The notes beneath the pieces were generated by a model that was given only the letters and a program-made list of their open reading frames with translations, searched no databases and was not told the DNA's origin. Position numbers and translations under genes: made by a program. Below are positions 25,701 to 38,794 of a stretch of 64,000 nucleotides of DNA, one piece after another. The DNA is taken from the NCBI RefSeq assembly GCF_001194135.2, contig NC_068982.1, forward strand, positions 126,782,144 through 126,846,143, written 5' to 3'. This DNA is from Octopus bimaculoides (Eukaryota). How positions within the stretch are numbered: the stretch's first letter is position 1; every line of letters starts with the position of its first letter.

Positions 25701-25929
25701 ATATATTGATCTGCAATAAAAAAAGAAAAAGCTTTACTACGTAGGGGTAGACATGACAGTGACATTAAGAAGTTTGTTTCAGGTTTGTTCTCACTTCATG
25801 GTACCTTGGTTAAGTGCCTTTCAATATAACCCTTGGCTGATCAAAGCATTGTGAGTGAATTTGATGGACGGAAACGGTGTGGAAACCCATCTTGTATGTA
25901 TGTATATATGTGGATGCACAGGTTTCGTT

Positions 25930-26935
25930 ACCTAGGTAACCAAGTCAATAACAGGGGTGGATAAATGAGAGGCAAAGTTCAGAGAGCTCCTACATCTGCC
26001 GGTAACAAAGGGCCTTTCACTCAGAGTGAAAGGTAGACTGTATGGTGCATGTGTGAAACATGGGCTTGAAAGAAATGAAACTAGTATGCTCTGCTGGATG
26101 GGTAATGTCAGTGTGCATACACGACAGAGTGTAAGCATCTTGAGAGAAAAGTTGGACATAAAAGGCATCAGATGTGGTGTGCAAGAGAGATAACTGCACT
26201 GGTATGGTCATGTGTTGTGTATGGACGAGGACAGCTGTGTGAAGAAGTGTCACAGTGTCACACCCTAACAGTGAAGGGAACCCGTGGAAGAGGTAGACCC
26301 AGGAAAACCTGGGATGAGGTAGTGAAGCACAGCCTTTGAACATTGGGCTTCACAGAGGCAATGCCAAGTGACTGAGACCTTTGGAGATATGCTGTGCTTG
26401 AGAAGACCCAGCAAGCCAAGTCAGATCATAACCATGGCTGATGCCAGTGTCACATAACCGGGCTGTTTAAAAGTAGCCTTCAATCATAGGGTATTATGGT
26501 GTGCTTGAGAAGACCTGTTGAGTCAAGTGAAATCGTTGTCATGGTCGATACCAGTGCTGCCTGGCTGGAACCCAAGCTGGTGTCACGTAAAAAGCACCAT
26601 TTGAATGTGACTGATGCTAGTGCCAGTGGCACATAAAAAGCATCATTTGAGTGTGGTCAATGCCAGTGCCATCTGACTGGCTCCCATGCTGGTGGCATGT
26701 AAAAAGCACCATTCGAGCATAGTCAATGCCAGTGCTGCCAGACTGGCCACCATACCAGTGGTACGAACAAGCATCCACTACACTCTCAGAGTGGATGGCA
26801 TTAGGAAGGGCATCCAACTGTAAAAACCTTGCCAAATCAGATTAAAACTTGATGCAACCTTCTGGCTCGCTATTCCTCAGTCAAACTGTCCAACCTATGC
26901 CAGCATGGAAAGCGGACATTAAACAATGATGATGA
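25930..26935 (+). mobile_element. RTE subfamily B: ORF end plus full 3' UTR
   Basis: KFRELL...LSLRVKGRLYGACV...LHWYGHVLCMDEDSCVKKC...GRGRPRKTW, then the subrepeat array and (GAT)n tail. Confidence 0.88.
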
Positions 26936-26943
26936 TACAAATA

Positions 26944-26981
<38 letters not shown>

Positions 26982-27085
26982 CACGCATACATACATATAT
27001 TTATGCATACAAACATACATATATCTATATACATATATATATTTATATATATGTATATATATATATATATATATANNNNNNNNNN

Positions 27086-27121
<36 letters not shown>

Positions 27122-28007
27122 TGTGTGTTATCTGAAGTGTATAGTATTATATATCCATTACAGCTGATCTTATCAATCGATTTCATGCTAGAGTTTCACT
27201 GGTGTGTTAGGTAACAATCTAATTATGTAACCCTATGCTCATCAGAGGTAGCCGATATGGAATATAACACTGTACACTTCTGATAATATACCCACTCTAT
27301 TGACAGATATAAAAGTGCATTATTTTATGACTTATGGACTCTTAGACAAATTACACACACACACACGCATATAAAATACATACATGTGTGTGTGTGCATA
27401 CGTTAGAAGTTATGTCTAGCTAAGTAAAATCATGGTTGTTTTTACATCTGGCATGTCTGCTGCATCACTCTTCAGCTGAGCGATCCTAATCTTGCAGACT
27501 CATGAGTGCTGGTACCATGTAAAAAGCACCTGTGTTGGTGCCACATAAAAAGCACCAGTGCCAGTGCTGTGTAGAAGCACCCAGTACATTCTGTGAAGTG
27601 GTTGGCCATAGAAACCATACCAAAACAGACGAGGAGCCCAGGCAGTTCTTCAGCTTGCTAGCCCCAGTCGAACTATCCAACCCAAGCCAGCATGGAAAGC
27701 TGGAAATTGGACATTAAAGGATGATGATGATGAAGCATACACACACATATATATATATAATTAATAGAGACAGAATCAATATTAATGACTAGCTAGGCCT
27801 GCAACATCAAAAGTGACAGGTAATTGTAGATTTTCTTCATATATAAATAAGGACAAAAGATCGAATATCGATGGTAATTCAAATTAATACACTCATCAAT
27901 GGTATCTTGTGGTTTATTTTGAGATGTGGCTTTGATCCATACAAACCTTCACAAACTTCCCTTGTACACACATACACATATACTCACACAGAACGTTTTG
28001 TTATTCA

Positions 28008-28795
28008 TTTCTTGGCATTATTATCAACTTCAAAAGCAAATTTTCTTTCTTGTGACAAAGAACTTTCTTGAAACGGTTTTCTAGTTTCCCTCATAACATA
28101 TAAAACTTGTACATATATTCGAATTTTACAGATAAAATATATAATGCTCTTCATAATTGTTTCTAACATAGACACAAAGCAACAATCTGTGTGCGTGCGG
28201 TGGGGTGTTAAAAGATTAAATCAAAGTTGATCTCGGAGGGATTTGAACTCTGAATGTTAAATGTCATAAAATACTGTAAGGCATTTTGTATGATGTTAAC
28301 AAGAAATCTGTATGAACACTCAAGCCTTCAAGAGTTACAGGCATATTTAATTGTAGAGCTGAGTTACGTCCCTTTATTTATCAGTTTGCCTGCGAAAATT
28401 AAATGAATATGAGTTACTTCCCATGATATTTCTAGTTTGGTCCGCAATATTTTCTTTTTTGTGAGAATTTAATAAATCGTAATTTGGTCAGGCTAAATAA
28501 AAAGAGCCTAAAAGAAAATTATACTTATATAAACTTTTGTAAAAAATTACTTGATGCAGTTACAATAATCAGAAAAAGGTTTTTTTAAAAGCTATTAAAC
28601 TATTAGTAAAATGTTTTTTATTTAACAGAATGTCACCAATAGTGTAAATTTTGTGTGTACGTACGTACGTACATACATACATGTATGTATGTATATGTGA
28701 GTAATAATTTTAAATTTGGGTATGCTGTTTAAAGAACATTCACTGTGTTCGGCTACCTGATTCCATCAACAGTACGGGTATAAGTACCACTGGAT
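28008..28795 (+). repeat. Local duplication, copy 2
   Basis: Matches 24602-25429. Confidence 0.92.
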
Positions 28796-30354
28796 TTACT
28801 TCAGGAATTCCTCTGTGTCTGTCGAGTACACAACATTTGAGAGAAAGACAAAATGTAATTCATGAAATTCTTTATTAATCATTACGATCGTTTTGACCCA
28901 CCTTGCATTGGTTCCTTGCAAGTGAGAATCTGGACAACTGGTTGTGGTGCATCCTTTGATGCAGATGTGCTTGTTCCTGTGATTTTCAAAAGGTACCTTG
29001 CTCATCAAACTCATGTTCACTAATTTTGATTATAATACATTTTGTTATTTGCCTGTAGCTAGTGGCATACAAGGAATGACTTGGAATGAAGTACAGTCCC
29101 TTTGTAAGTAATGGACTTACTAATAATTAATCATAAATAAGATACATACATAAAAACCAAAAATGAAAAACAAAATAATTGTACAATGTGCAGGTTAATC
29201 AGGTACTATGCTTGCATTGCCAAAGTTATAGATGATAGTACTGCTTCTATCAACAACTCTATATCGTGCACTGGATGCATTTTTTTTTCAAGGCAACAAC
29301 ACTGCAGCAAAACTAAAGTGAAATCTCAAGCTCTGCTGTGTTGTTGCTCAAATTATAAGTCACTTACAGATTGTATTGGGTGCTTTATGTTGCACCAGCA
29401 TAGTATGGTTTGTCTTGCAGCTTACAAAGCTAAAAGAAAGCCATGATGTAACGAACAGATTTATTTTGAGAGGATGGTAATGGAGAGAATAACAGAGATA
29501 AAAGAGAGTGAACAGGAAGAGTAATGTCAGGGATTAGTGTAAAGGAGAGGGAGAAATCAGAGGAAGATATATTGTTGATTTTTCAAATAGGCCGCTTCAG
29601 GGCAAAATGCTATAATTCTTTCTGTCTCTGCTCCAAGATAAGTACTCTCCTCTTAAATTGTTTTTCAAAAGGGAACGCTTCTATCACCTCCCTCAGTACT
29701 ACTCTAACCCTCAGGTGAGAAAGATCTTGTCTTGCAAGTCACCTGGTGATCTAACTGCTGCTGGTGCCGTTTAAAAAGCATCCAGCACAGTCTGTAAAGT
29801 GGATGGTGTTAGGAAGAGCATCCATCTGTAGAAACCATACCAAAGCAGACAGCAGAGCTTACCAGTTCCTGTTGAACTGTCCAACCCACATGCCAGCATG
29901 AAAGCGGCCATTAAATAATGATGTTGATGGTAATTTAGTGGTTTGGCAAATGAGTTTGATAATCTCTTTTACTCTTTTGTTTCAGCCATTTGACTGTGGC
30001 CATGCTGGAGCACTGCCTTTAATTGAACAAATCGACCCCCACAACTCATTGTAATTCATTGAAAGCCTAGTACTTGTTTTATCAGTCTCTTTTGCCAAAC
30101 CGCTAAGTTATGGGGATGTAAACATATCAGCATCAGTTGTGAAGTGATGGTGGAGGGACAAACACAGACACAGCAAACTCAAAAAAAAATTAAGTACTCT
30201 CGTCAATTTGTTCAACTAACTCTACAAGGCAGTGCTCCAGTATGGTTGCAGTTGTATGACAGGAGCAAAAGAGTACAGAAATTACAATGAAACATGTCAT
30301 GTTGGAAACAAAATAATTCAAGATAAATAATAAACCGTTCAAGATTCACTGAAT

Positions 30355-31296
30355 TTAATAAGTCGATGTTTTATTCATCCGTAAATATATTTTGTCAGAT
30401 ACTTTTTTGCAGCCTGAGCTGGAATATTCATAATTGAAGCCCTTTGTAGAATTGAAGTATATTTCCTTCAATACCTCCTTTGCAAAGTCCTCATTTATAA
30501 TATGATGATGATTAGCTAATTCAGCTTTTATACATTCTAAAACATTAGTCTTATTAAGGGGAAAGAAAGGTACAACAGCATCAATGAGACCCTGTTTGTG
30601 TAATTTAAAAAACCATTCATTTTGGCTATCTTTTTGAAATACATGTTCAAAATCAGTTAATTTCAACTTGTTCTGATTGCCACTTTGCACTTTTCTGAAC
30701 ACAATGTTATTTATATTTTCAGAGTTTACGGTAGTTATGATTATGAATAGAGCATAAGTATACTTATAGAAATTTGAATTTTTTAAATGTGTTAAAGTCT
30801 CTGTGAGGATCTGTTGAGCAGGTCCTGTGTCTTCAAAGTCATCAAGAATAAATATATTCCAGTGACATGGTGATAACTCTGTGTATATCCAAGTCAAAAG
30901 TTTGTTTCCACTATTTTGGGCAGAATCAAATTTATAATGATGTGAGAAAGAAAATATAGATGATTGAGTATTTTCAGGAAGATATTTATACAGAAGAGAA
31001 GCCAAATAGGTTTTCCCAACTCCAACACCTCCATGGAAAGACAAAACCAGTGGTTGTGGATAGTTAGTCTCTAAACTCTTAATGTAATTTGTTAACGACT
31101 CTACAACAAGGTGGATAGCTAAATCCTGACCAATTATCTTTGTTGATAAAGACTCAGACACTGAATGTCTTTCCCAAGCTGGAATTTTATGACAATGGGA
31201 AATGTAAAAAACTAGAAATAAAAATATAAATGAAGTTATAAAAGCAAATATACAACGGGATGGAAATTCCAGGTACTCCTTTACTTTGGCTGCCTT
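30355..31296 (-). CDS. TOR4A: Torsin-family AAA+ ATPase, TOR4A-like, terminal coding exon (313 aa)
   Basis: Frame is open from the acceptor (ctgat, poly-Y, ttttaaag|) at 31296: KAAKVKEYLEFPSRC-IFAFITSFIFLFLVFYI (TM)-...IIGQDLA...PLVLSFHGGVGVGKT (Walker A)...FILDDFE (Walker B)...VPFFPL...CIKAEL...GCKKV (torsin C-terminal motif). Symbol assigned from motif pattern only; orthology unverified. Confidence 0.9.
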   Translation of the reverse strand, partial: KAAKVKEYLEFPSRCIFAFITSFIFLFLVFYISHCHKIPAWERHSVSESLSTKIIGQDLAIHLVVESLTNYIKSLETNYPQPLVLSFHGGVGVGKTYLASLLYKYLPENTQSSIFSFSHHYKFDSAQNSGNKLLTWIYTELSPCHWNIFILDDFEDTGPAQQILTETLTHLKNSNFYKYTYALFIIITTVNSENINNIVFRKVQSGNQNKLKLTDFEHVFQKDSQNEWFFKLHKQGLIDAVVPFFPLNKTNVLECIKAELANHHHIINEDFAKEVLKEIYFNSTKGFNYEYSSSGCKKVSDKIYLRMNKTSTY

Positions 31297-33184
31297 CTTT
31301 AAAAGAAAAGAAAAAAAAAAAGAAAAGAAAAAGAAAAATCAGAATTAAAAATATAATTTAGATATGTTATTGCTTAAAATTTAATATACCATTTCAAGAA
31401 TTCAAAAATTGACTAATTTTAATCAAATGTAGAAATACATAAATTAGTAAAAATGAGAAATTTATTAAGTAATTATAACATCCTAGACTACTACCTTTGA
31501 CTCTTTTGTTGTTGTATTTCTGTTGAAATACACTGTCTTTGCTTCAATTAATTACGAAAACATTGACAAGTTTATAAAATAACTGTCATTATTAAACTTG
31601 AAAGGTTTTAGAATTAAGACAAGTAGTTCATATAGTAGAAGTAAGGGCAGTTTTGAGCAGGTTGGTACCAACAGGGCTACAAAGAAGAGTTAAGCAATTT
31701 TCAAGATTGGATAAGATACTTTATAAGAAGCCTGTTCAAATTTACAGTAATTCTTAGAGTAGATAGTACTTTGTAACAGATGGTGAAAAATATATGAACT
31801 AGCATGTAATGTTTTTTAAAAACTTCTTTGGTGTTCTAAACCAATCGCTTAGAAGATAAAGGTCTATGCTAAAGGCACCCAGTGGCAAGAAATGCTTCAC
31901 CAGATGGTTCTAAGTGCAATCAGACATCTTGAAAAATGGGAAAAACATCCATTTTGCATGCTGGCTTGAGTTGGATGGTTTAACAGGAGCTTGAGAGCAA
32001 GAGGAATGTACTGAGATCCAATATCTGTTTTGGCATGGTTTCGATGGCTGGATGCCCTTCCTTATACCAACCACTTTAGTGTGTGTACTGGGTGGCTTTT
32101 ACATAGCACCAGTAACAGTGAGGTCTTCAAGTAACTTGCAAGACAAGAGCCTCAACTTATGGGATTGTGGTACTGAGAGAGGTGGCTTTATGCCAAGTGA
32201 TGAGAGGTTAAAGTATGATAGAGAGACAGAAATAGATGTCTTGCTATAGGGGAAATATATAGTCAGAGAGAATAAATTTTTTTTTAACACCATTTCTGCC
32301 ATTATTATCCTCTCATGTCATCTCTAGTTGTTCAGAAAGTAAAAAGATCTGATAATTTCCAAGTTCAGATTTCTATCAGAGTAGTAAAATAAATATCTCA
32401 GATACTTTGAAATGCTTTGGCAAGTGGTGGTGGTCCAGTATGTTTAACCCTTTGGAGATGAAGCCACATTTGGAGTTTCAATACCAAGAAGACGAAGCCC
32501 TTTTCACAAGCCTTACAGAGGGCATGCACTTATTTTTTTTTTTTAAATTATAAAAATAAAGTAATTACTTTACATATAGAAAACTATATGTATTCTTGTA
32601 GGAAATTGAATAAACTAATACAATCTTCTTTGTAATTTGACTTTTTGGCAGATAGACCGACCCTGTTGTCTCCTAAAGGTTAACTCAACAGTAATATCAG
32701 TTTAAAAAATATGCATAAATATTTGTTATATGGTGACCTCACGAGTGCCAGTGGCATAAAAAAGACACCCAGTACACACGGCAAAGTGGTTGGTGTTAAG
32801 AAGGGTATCCAACCATAGAAACCATGCCAAAGCTGACATTGGAGCTTGATTTGGCCCTCTGGCTCTCTGGACCATGTCAAAGTGTCCAACCCATGTCAGT
32901 ATGGAACAGTATGGAAAACAGGGGTTAAATGATGATGATTTTTCTCTGTCCATTTGGACTCTGAATTAACTTGAGTTGTTTGACTGGATATGTTTAAAGG
33001 TAGTCTGAATGTGTTTGATGGGTTAGGAAAAAAAACAAAACAAACTAAACAAACTTGGATAAAAGGAGGTGAAGAAGCAGTGGCCCATGGTTATACTTAA
33101 GTGATGTGAAAGAGATTTTAAGAAGGAGCATAACGAGTAATATTTTAAGTATATATTGAATTCATTAATAATGATACTCTCTTT

Positions 33185-33540
33185 ACTCTTTTACTTGTTT
33201 CAGTCATTTGACTGCGGCCATGCAAATCGACCCCAGGACTTATTCTTTGTAAGCCTAGTACTTATTCTATCGACTCTTTTGCCGAACCACTAAGTTACGG
33301 GGACGTAAACACACCACCATTGTTGGTTGTCAAGTGATATTGAGGGGAACAAACACACATACTTATATATATATACGATGGGCTTCTTTCAGTTTCCGCC
33401 TACCAAATCCACTCACAAGTCTTTGGTCAGCCTGAGGCTATAGTAGAAGACACTTGCACAAGGTGCCATGCAGTGGGAATGAACCCGGAACCATGTGGTT
33501 GGTAAGCAAGCTACTTACCACACAGCCACTCCTGCACCTA
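33185..33540 (-). mobile_element. SINE family 1, full length
   Basis: Head and body both match 17665-18056. Confidence 0.88.
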
Positions 33541-33850
33541 TAGTACACTTCTCTATAGTGAAAGGGATAGGATGTTTATTTTATTAATAGTCTATGGAAC
33601 CTGGTGCAGCTCCTGTCAAACATCCAACCCATGCCAGCATGAAAAACAGATGTATGATGATGATGATGAACAAGTCTTCAGATGATTCGAATTTTAAACC
33701 CTGATAGGATGATAGGGCTGTTTTATGAACACAACCATCTTTATTACAACCCAACAGGTATTTTAACCCTTTAACTGCGAAATTAAATTTCATGATGTTA
33801 AATATTTACCAAAAATAGAATTGGTATTTTCTGCAAAATAATTAGAATGT

Positions 33851-34034
33851 TTAACCCTTTCAATACCAACCTGGCTGAAACCACCTCTGGCTCTGTAGTA
33901 CATATGTTTTGTTTCCATAAGTTTTGAATTAAATTCATCCATCAAACTTTAGTCACAATTTATGTTTCTAACACTTGCTTAATGATAACTAAGTTACTAA
34001 CATCTCAAAATAAATACGGTAACGAAAGGGTTAA
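33851..34034. mobile_element. piggyBac-like MITE with TTAA target duplication
   Basis: ttaa|ccctttcaatacc ... ggtaacgaaaggg|ttaa; 13 bp TIRs match at 11/13. Confidence 0.8.
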
Positions 34035-34038
34035 TTAC

Positions 34039-34072
34039 CTTTCCTCTTTTTAGCTTGGAATCGCGATGTTTA
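34039..34072 (-). CDS. Candidate torsin micro-exon (34 nt, phase 2 to 0)
   Basis: tttcttgtatttcatatttag|T AAA CAT CGC GAT TCC AAG CTA AAA AGA GGA AAG|gtaatt encodes KHRDSKLKRGK and joins in frame to the 31296 acceptor. Confidence 0.6.
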
Positions 34073-34833
34073 CTAAATATGAAATACAAGAAAAAAATTC
34101 ATTTGTTAATAAAAAAAAAAGTGGATTCTATTATTATATTATTAATAAAAAAATATAGTACACAAACACATGTAATAAATTTTTTTTTACCTTTTAATCA
34201 GGAGGAAGATAATGCCATGACATTTTACAGGGCCTCCCAAGACTAGAGGGTAGGAAGTGGAAAGGTATTCACCAAATTAGAGACCTGGTCCAAATGCTCA
34301 CAATAGAGGATACTGCTAATAGCATCCAAGGAGGCTATGGTGAGATTTGAATGCAAAGATCTGGAACTAATACCATGAGACCACCAGTTTCACATTCTTA
34401 AAGTCCCATCATTCCACTGCCCTACACTGGTATATTTCTTTTTTTTAATCAACCCCTGAAAGATTAAAAGGCAAAGCTGACTTTTGTAGGATTTGAACCC
34501 AAAGTACAGGTAATCAGAACAAATACTACAAGGTATTCTATTTGAGTCTCTAATGACAACCAGTTGAACACCTAAGTAATATAAATTTAACCGTTGACAT
34601 TCAGATTACTCTGTCAAACGTAATTATTTTACTTGTTTCATTTGACCATGGCCATGCTGGAGCACCGCCTTTAATCAAGCAAATCGACCTCAGGACTCAT
34701 TCTTTGTAAGCCTAGTAGTTACTTTATTGGTCTCTTTTGTCGAACTGCTAAGTTACAGGGACATAAACACACCAACATCAGTTGCCAACCAATGGTGGGG
34801 GTAAAACACAAATACAAAGGCACACACACACAC

Positions 34834-34874
<41 letters not shown>

Positions 34875-34875
<1 letters not shown>

Positions 34876-35786
34876 TCCATCAAATGCAAGGTGGGTAAGC
34901 TAGAGGTGGTTGATAGCTTTCATTATGTAGGTGACCAAGTTAGTAGTGGAGGTGGATGCTCTGAGAGTGTAGCTGCAAGAATAAGAAGAGACTGGGAAAA
35001 GTTCAGAGAGCTCCTAACTCTGTTGACAACAAAAGCCTCTCCCTCAGAGTGAAAGGCAGATTGTATGATGCCTGTGTGCAAACAGCTGTGCTACATGGCA
35101 GTGAAACATGGGCTGTGACCACCAAAGACATGCATAGGCTTGAAAGAAATGAAGCTGGTATGCATCGCTGGATGTGCAGTGTCAGTGTGCATGTGCGACA
35201 GAGTGTAAGTGTTTTGAGAGAGAAGTTGGGCATAAGAAGCATCAGATGTGGTGCACAAGAGAGAAGACTAAGCTGGTATAATCATGTGATGGATATGGAG
35301 GAGGACAGCTGTGTAAAGAAGTGCCAATCTCTAACTGTGGAGGGAGCCTGTGGAAGAGGTAGACACAGGAAGACATGGGACGAGGTGGTGAAGAATGATC
35401 TTTGAATGTTGGGCCTCACAGAGGCAATAACTAGCGAAATGCAGTGATTCAGAAGACCCACCAAGCTGAGTGAAATTGTAGTCATGGCCAATGCCAGTGA
35501 CACATAATTGGCACCTGTGCTGGTGGCACGTAAAAAGCACCTTTCAAGTGTTGAGCCCCACAGAGGTAATGGCATATGACTGAGACCTTTGGCAATGTGA
35601 AGACCCATCAAGCCAAGTGAAATCATACACCCATTACACTCTCAGAGTGGTTGGCGTGTAGAAGGGCATCCAGCCATAGAAACCATGCCAAATCAGACCA
35701 GAGTCTGGTGCAGCCCCTCAGCTTACCAGCCTTAGTCAAACTGTCCAACCCATACCAAGATGGATAACAGACGTTAAATGATGATG
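34875..35786 (+). mobile_element. RTE subfamily B ORF end plus 3' UTR
   Basis: LEVVDSFHYVGDQVSSGGGCSESVAARIR...KGRLYDACVQTAVLHGSETW...GRGRHRKTWDEVV; ggaagggcatcc-type motif and (GAT)n tail. Confidence 0.9.
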
Positions 35787-35792
35787 AAGATA

Positions 35793-35823
<31 letters not shown>

Positions 35824-35838
35824 TTATATATATATATA

Positions 35839-36760
35839 NNNNNNNNNNNNNNNNNNNNNNNNNNNNNNNNNNNNNNNNNNNNNNNNNNNNNNNNNNNNNN
35901 NNNNNNNNNNNNNNNNNNNNNNNNNNNNNNNNNNNNNNNNNNNNNNNNNNNNNNNNNNNNNNNNNNNNNNNNNNNNNNNNNNNNNNNNNNNNNNNNNNNN
36001 NNNNNNNNNNNNNNNNNNNNNNNNNNNNNNNNNNNNNNNNNNNNNNNNNNNNNNNNNNNNNNNNNNNNNNNNNNNNNNNNNNNNNNNNNNNNNNNNNNNN
36101 NNNNNNNNNNNNNNNNNNNNNNNNNNNNNNNNNNNNNNNNNNNNNNNNNNNNNNNNNNNNNNNNNNNNNNNNNNNNNNNNNNNNNNNNNNNNNNNNNNNN
36201 NNNNNNNNNNNNNNNNNNNNNNNNNNNNNNNNNNNNNNNNNNNNNNNNNNNNNNNNNNNNNNNNNNNNNNNNNNNNNNNNNNNNNNNNNNNNNNNNNNNN
36301 NNNNNNNNNNNNNNNNNNNNNNNNNNNNNNNNNNNNNNNNNNNNNNNNNNNNNNNNNNNNNNNNNNNNNNNNNNNNNNNNNNNNNNNNNNNNNNNNNNNN
36401 NNNNNNNNNNNNNNNNNNNNNNNNNNNNNNNNNNNNNNNNNNNNNNNNNNNNNNNNNNNNNNNNNNNNNNNNNNNNNNNNNNNNNNNNNNNNNNNNNNNN
36501 NNNNNNNNNNNNNNNNNNNNNNNNNNNNNNNNNNNNNNNNNNNNNNNNNNNNNNNNNNNNNNNNNNNNNNNNNNNNNNNNNNNNNNNNNNNNNNNNNNNN
36601 NNNNNNNNNNNNNNNNNNNNNNNNNNNNNNNNNNNNNNNNNNNNNNNNNNNNNNNNNNNNNNNNNNNNNNNNNNNNNNNNNNNNNNNNNNNNNNNNNNNN
36701 NNNNNNNNNNNNNNNNNNNNNNNNNNNNNNNNNNNNNNNNNNNNNNNNNNNNNNNNNNNN
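35839..36760. other. Assembly gap (largest of 11 N-runs)
   Basis: Run of N; other large gaps at ~8.1, 19.3, 41.7, 42.6 and 45.3 kb. Confidence 0.99.
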
Positions 36761-37085
36761 GGGCAAGTGTCTTCTACTATAGCCTTGGGCTGACCAAAGC
36801 CTTGTGAGTAGATTTGGTAGACGGAAACTGAAAGAAGCCCGTTGTATATATGTATATATATATATATATATGTATGTGTGTTTGTGTGTCTGTGTTTGTC
36901 CCCCCACCATCGCTTGACAACCGATGCTGGTGTGTTTACGTCCCCGTAACTTAGCGGTTCGGCAAAAAGAGACCGATAGAATAAGTACTAGGCTTACAAA
37001 GAATAAGTCCTGGGGTCGATTTTCTCGACTAAAGGTGGTGCTCCAGTATGGCCACAGTCAAATGACTGAAACAAGCAAAAGAGTA
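36761..37085 (+). mobile_element. SINE family 1 (head lost in gap)
   Basis: Matches the family 1 body. Confidence 0.88.
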
Positions 37086-37596
37086 ATTCAATTTGGACTG
37101 AATTTGAATGTTTCATTAATATTTTAGTGTCATCATCATGCTATCCCAGAATTTAGGACTCATTTAGACCTACCCTGTTCAGATCTGTGGGATAGCACTT
37201 CTGCTCCTCCCTTCCCCCCAATATAAACCATCAGCATGCTTTCATCATGAGAACGGACACTAGTCACTGATTCTAATTATTCTTCTGAATTAGCAAGCTA
37301 CATACTTTATCTCTCCTCTCTCTACTCTCACCAGACCTTACTCCCGACAGCTGCAACCTTCTGATATTTCCCATTTATCCATATTTTGCTTACAAATATT
37401 CAGTGTAAACATTAACTATATTAAACTCATTGGTCTGAGAGGTCATGCAAAAGGTCAGGGACACTGTTAACACTACACGGGTTAAGTTAAAACAAAGAAA
37501 TAAAATATAATGTTGTCTATTTAGCTTCAACTAACCACAATAACAAAATAACTACAGTTATTGCTGACCTATAATTGAGATTACATGTAGTTGAGT

Positions 37597-37905
37597 GGAG
37601 GCGCAATGGCCCAGTGGTTAGGGCAGCGGACTCTCGGTCGTAGAATTGTGGTTTCGATTCCCAGACTGGGCGTTGTGAGTGTTTATTGAGCGTAAACACC
37701 TAAAGTTCCACAACTTTCTCTCACTCTTTCTTCCTGTTTCCGTTGTACCTGTATTTCAAAGGGCCAGCCTTGTCAAACTGTGTCATGCTGAATCTCCCTG
37801 AGAATTACGTTAAGGGTACACGTGTCCGTGGAGTGCTCAGCCACTTGCACGTTAATTTCACGAGCAAGCTGTTCTGTTGATTGTAACCGACGGAGTGCCA
37901 ACACA
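37597..37905 (+). mobile_element. SINE family 2
   Basis: ggcgcaatggcccagtggttagggcagcgg...ggtttcgattcccag; body as at 7371-7750. Confidence 0.85.
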
Positions 37906-38294
37906 TACACACATGTAGTTGGTTATGTAACCATATACATTGATACACACAAAGATGTCCCAAAAACAATTAGACACCTGCTCAACATATCTTTTTATTT
38001 GTGCAGACACAATCAGTGGTTAATGTATTATGTACAAGGCATGTGTCAACTAAACACTAAATTAAGTGTTGAAGTGCATAAAACAACATTTATTTTTGCT
38101 GAAAATATAATCCTCACTAATTTAAGCAAAATGTCAGTAATTTTAAGGGGAAGAGGTAATTTGATACCATCAACTCCGGTATTTGAATGGTACTTTATTT
38201 TATTAAGCTCAGAAGGATAAAAAACAAAACTGCTCTTGGCCAAATTTGAAATCAGAACACAAATGATTCTACTAATTGACTGTCTTATTAAAAA

Positions 38295-38510
38295 TATTGG
38301 GTTGGTGCATAATTATTGCGGCTTTTTTTTCAATAAAAACATCTTTAAATGACAGTCTGACTGTCTGCCAAGCAAATGGGAAGCAGTAATTGAAGTAGAT
38401 GGTGAATATACTCTGGAATAATCATTTAAAGATGTTTTTGTTACATGTTATTGTTTTTGCTGAATAAAATTTGTTGAAAAAAGCCGCAATAATTATGCAC
38501 CAATCCAATA
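38295..38510 (+). mobile_element. Non-autonomous mariner MITE with TA target duplication
   Basis: ta|ttgggttggtgcataattattgcggctttt ... aaaagccgcaataattatgcaccaatccaa|ta; internal CLPSKWEAVIEVDGEY resembles a transposase C-terminus. Confidence 0.9.
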
Positions 38511-38754
38511 ATAATCTTTTCTTATTTTGGGACAAGACCAGCAGTTTTGAGGGAAGTTTGAGTCAATTATATCAACCCCAGTATCTGACTGGTACTTATT
38601 TTATTGACCCCAAAAAGAGGAAAGGCAAAGTTGACCTCAGTAGAATCTGAACTCTGAGCATAGAACTGGAAGAAATGTTATGCATTTTGCCTGGCATTCG
38701 AACTATTTTTCTAGCCTTGCTGCTTTTACGTTGAAAATAATAAGAAATGGTTAC

Positions 38755-38794
38755 TTTTCAGGAATTTTTTTGCTCCATTTTTCTTCTTTCATCT
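38755..38794 (-). CDS. Candidate torsin exon B (40 nt)
   Basis: tttttttctttttgctag|AG ATG AAA GAA GAA AAA TGG AGC AAA AAA ATT CCT GAA AA|gtaacc; its phase-2 end fits the 34072 exon. Confidence 0.4.

Noticed and set aside
27185-27252. Hammerhead-like CTGATGA...GAAAC on the minus strand
   Set aside because: No UH triplet closing stem III and no stem I partner; at most a decayed copy.
28796-29020. 74 aa minus-strand ORF downstream of torsin
   Set aside because: No motif or convincing splice sites recognised.
37597-37670. tRNA-like sequence (also 3415, 7680-7750, 18450, 49770)
   Set aside because: These are SINE heads, continuous with repeat bodies, and no complete cloverleaf is evident.
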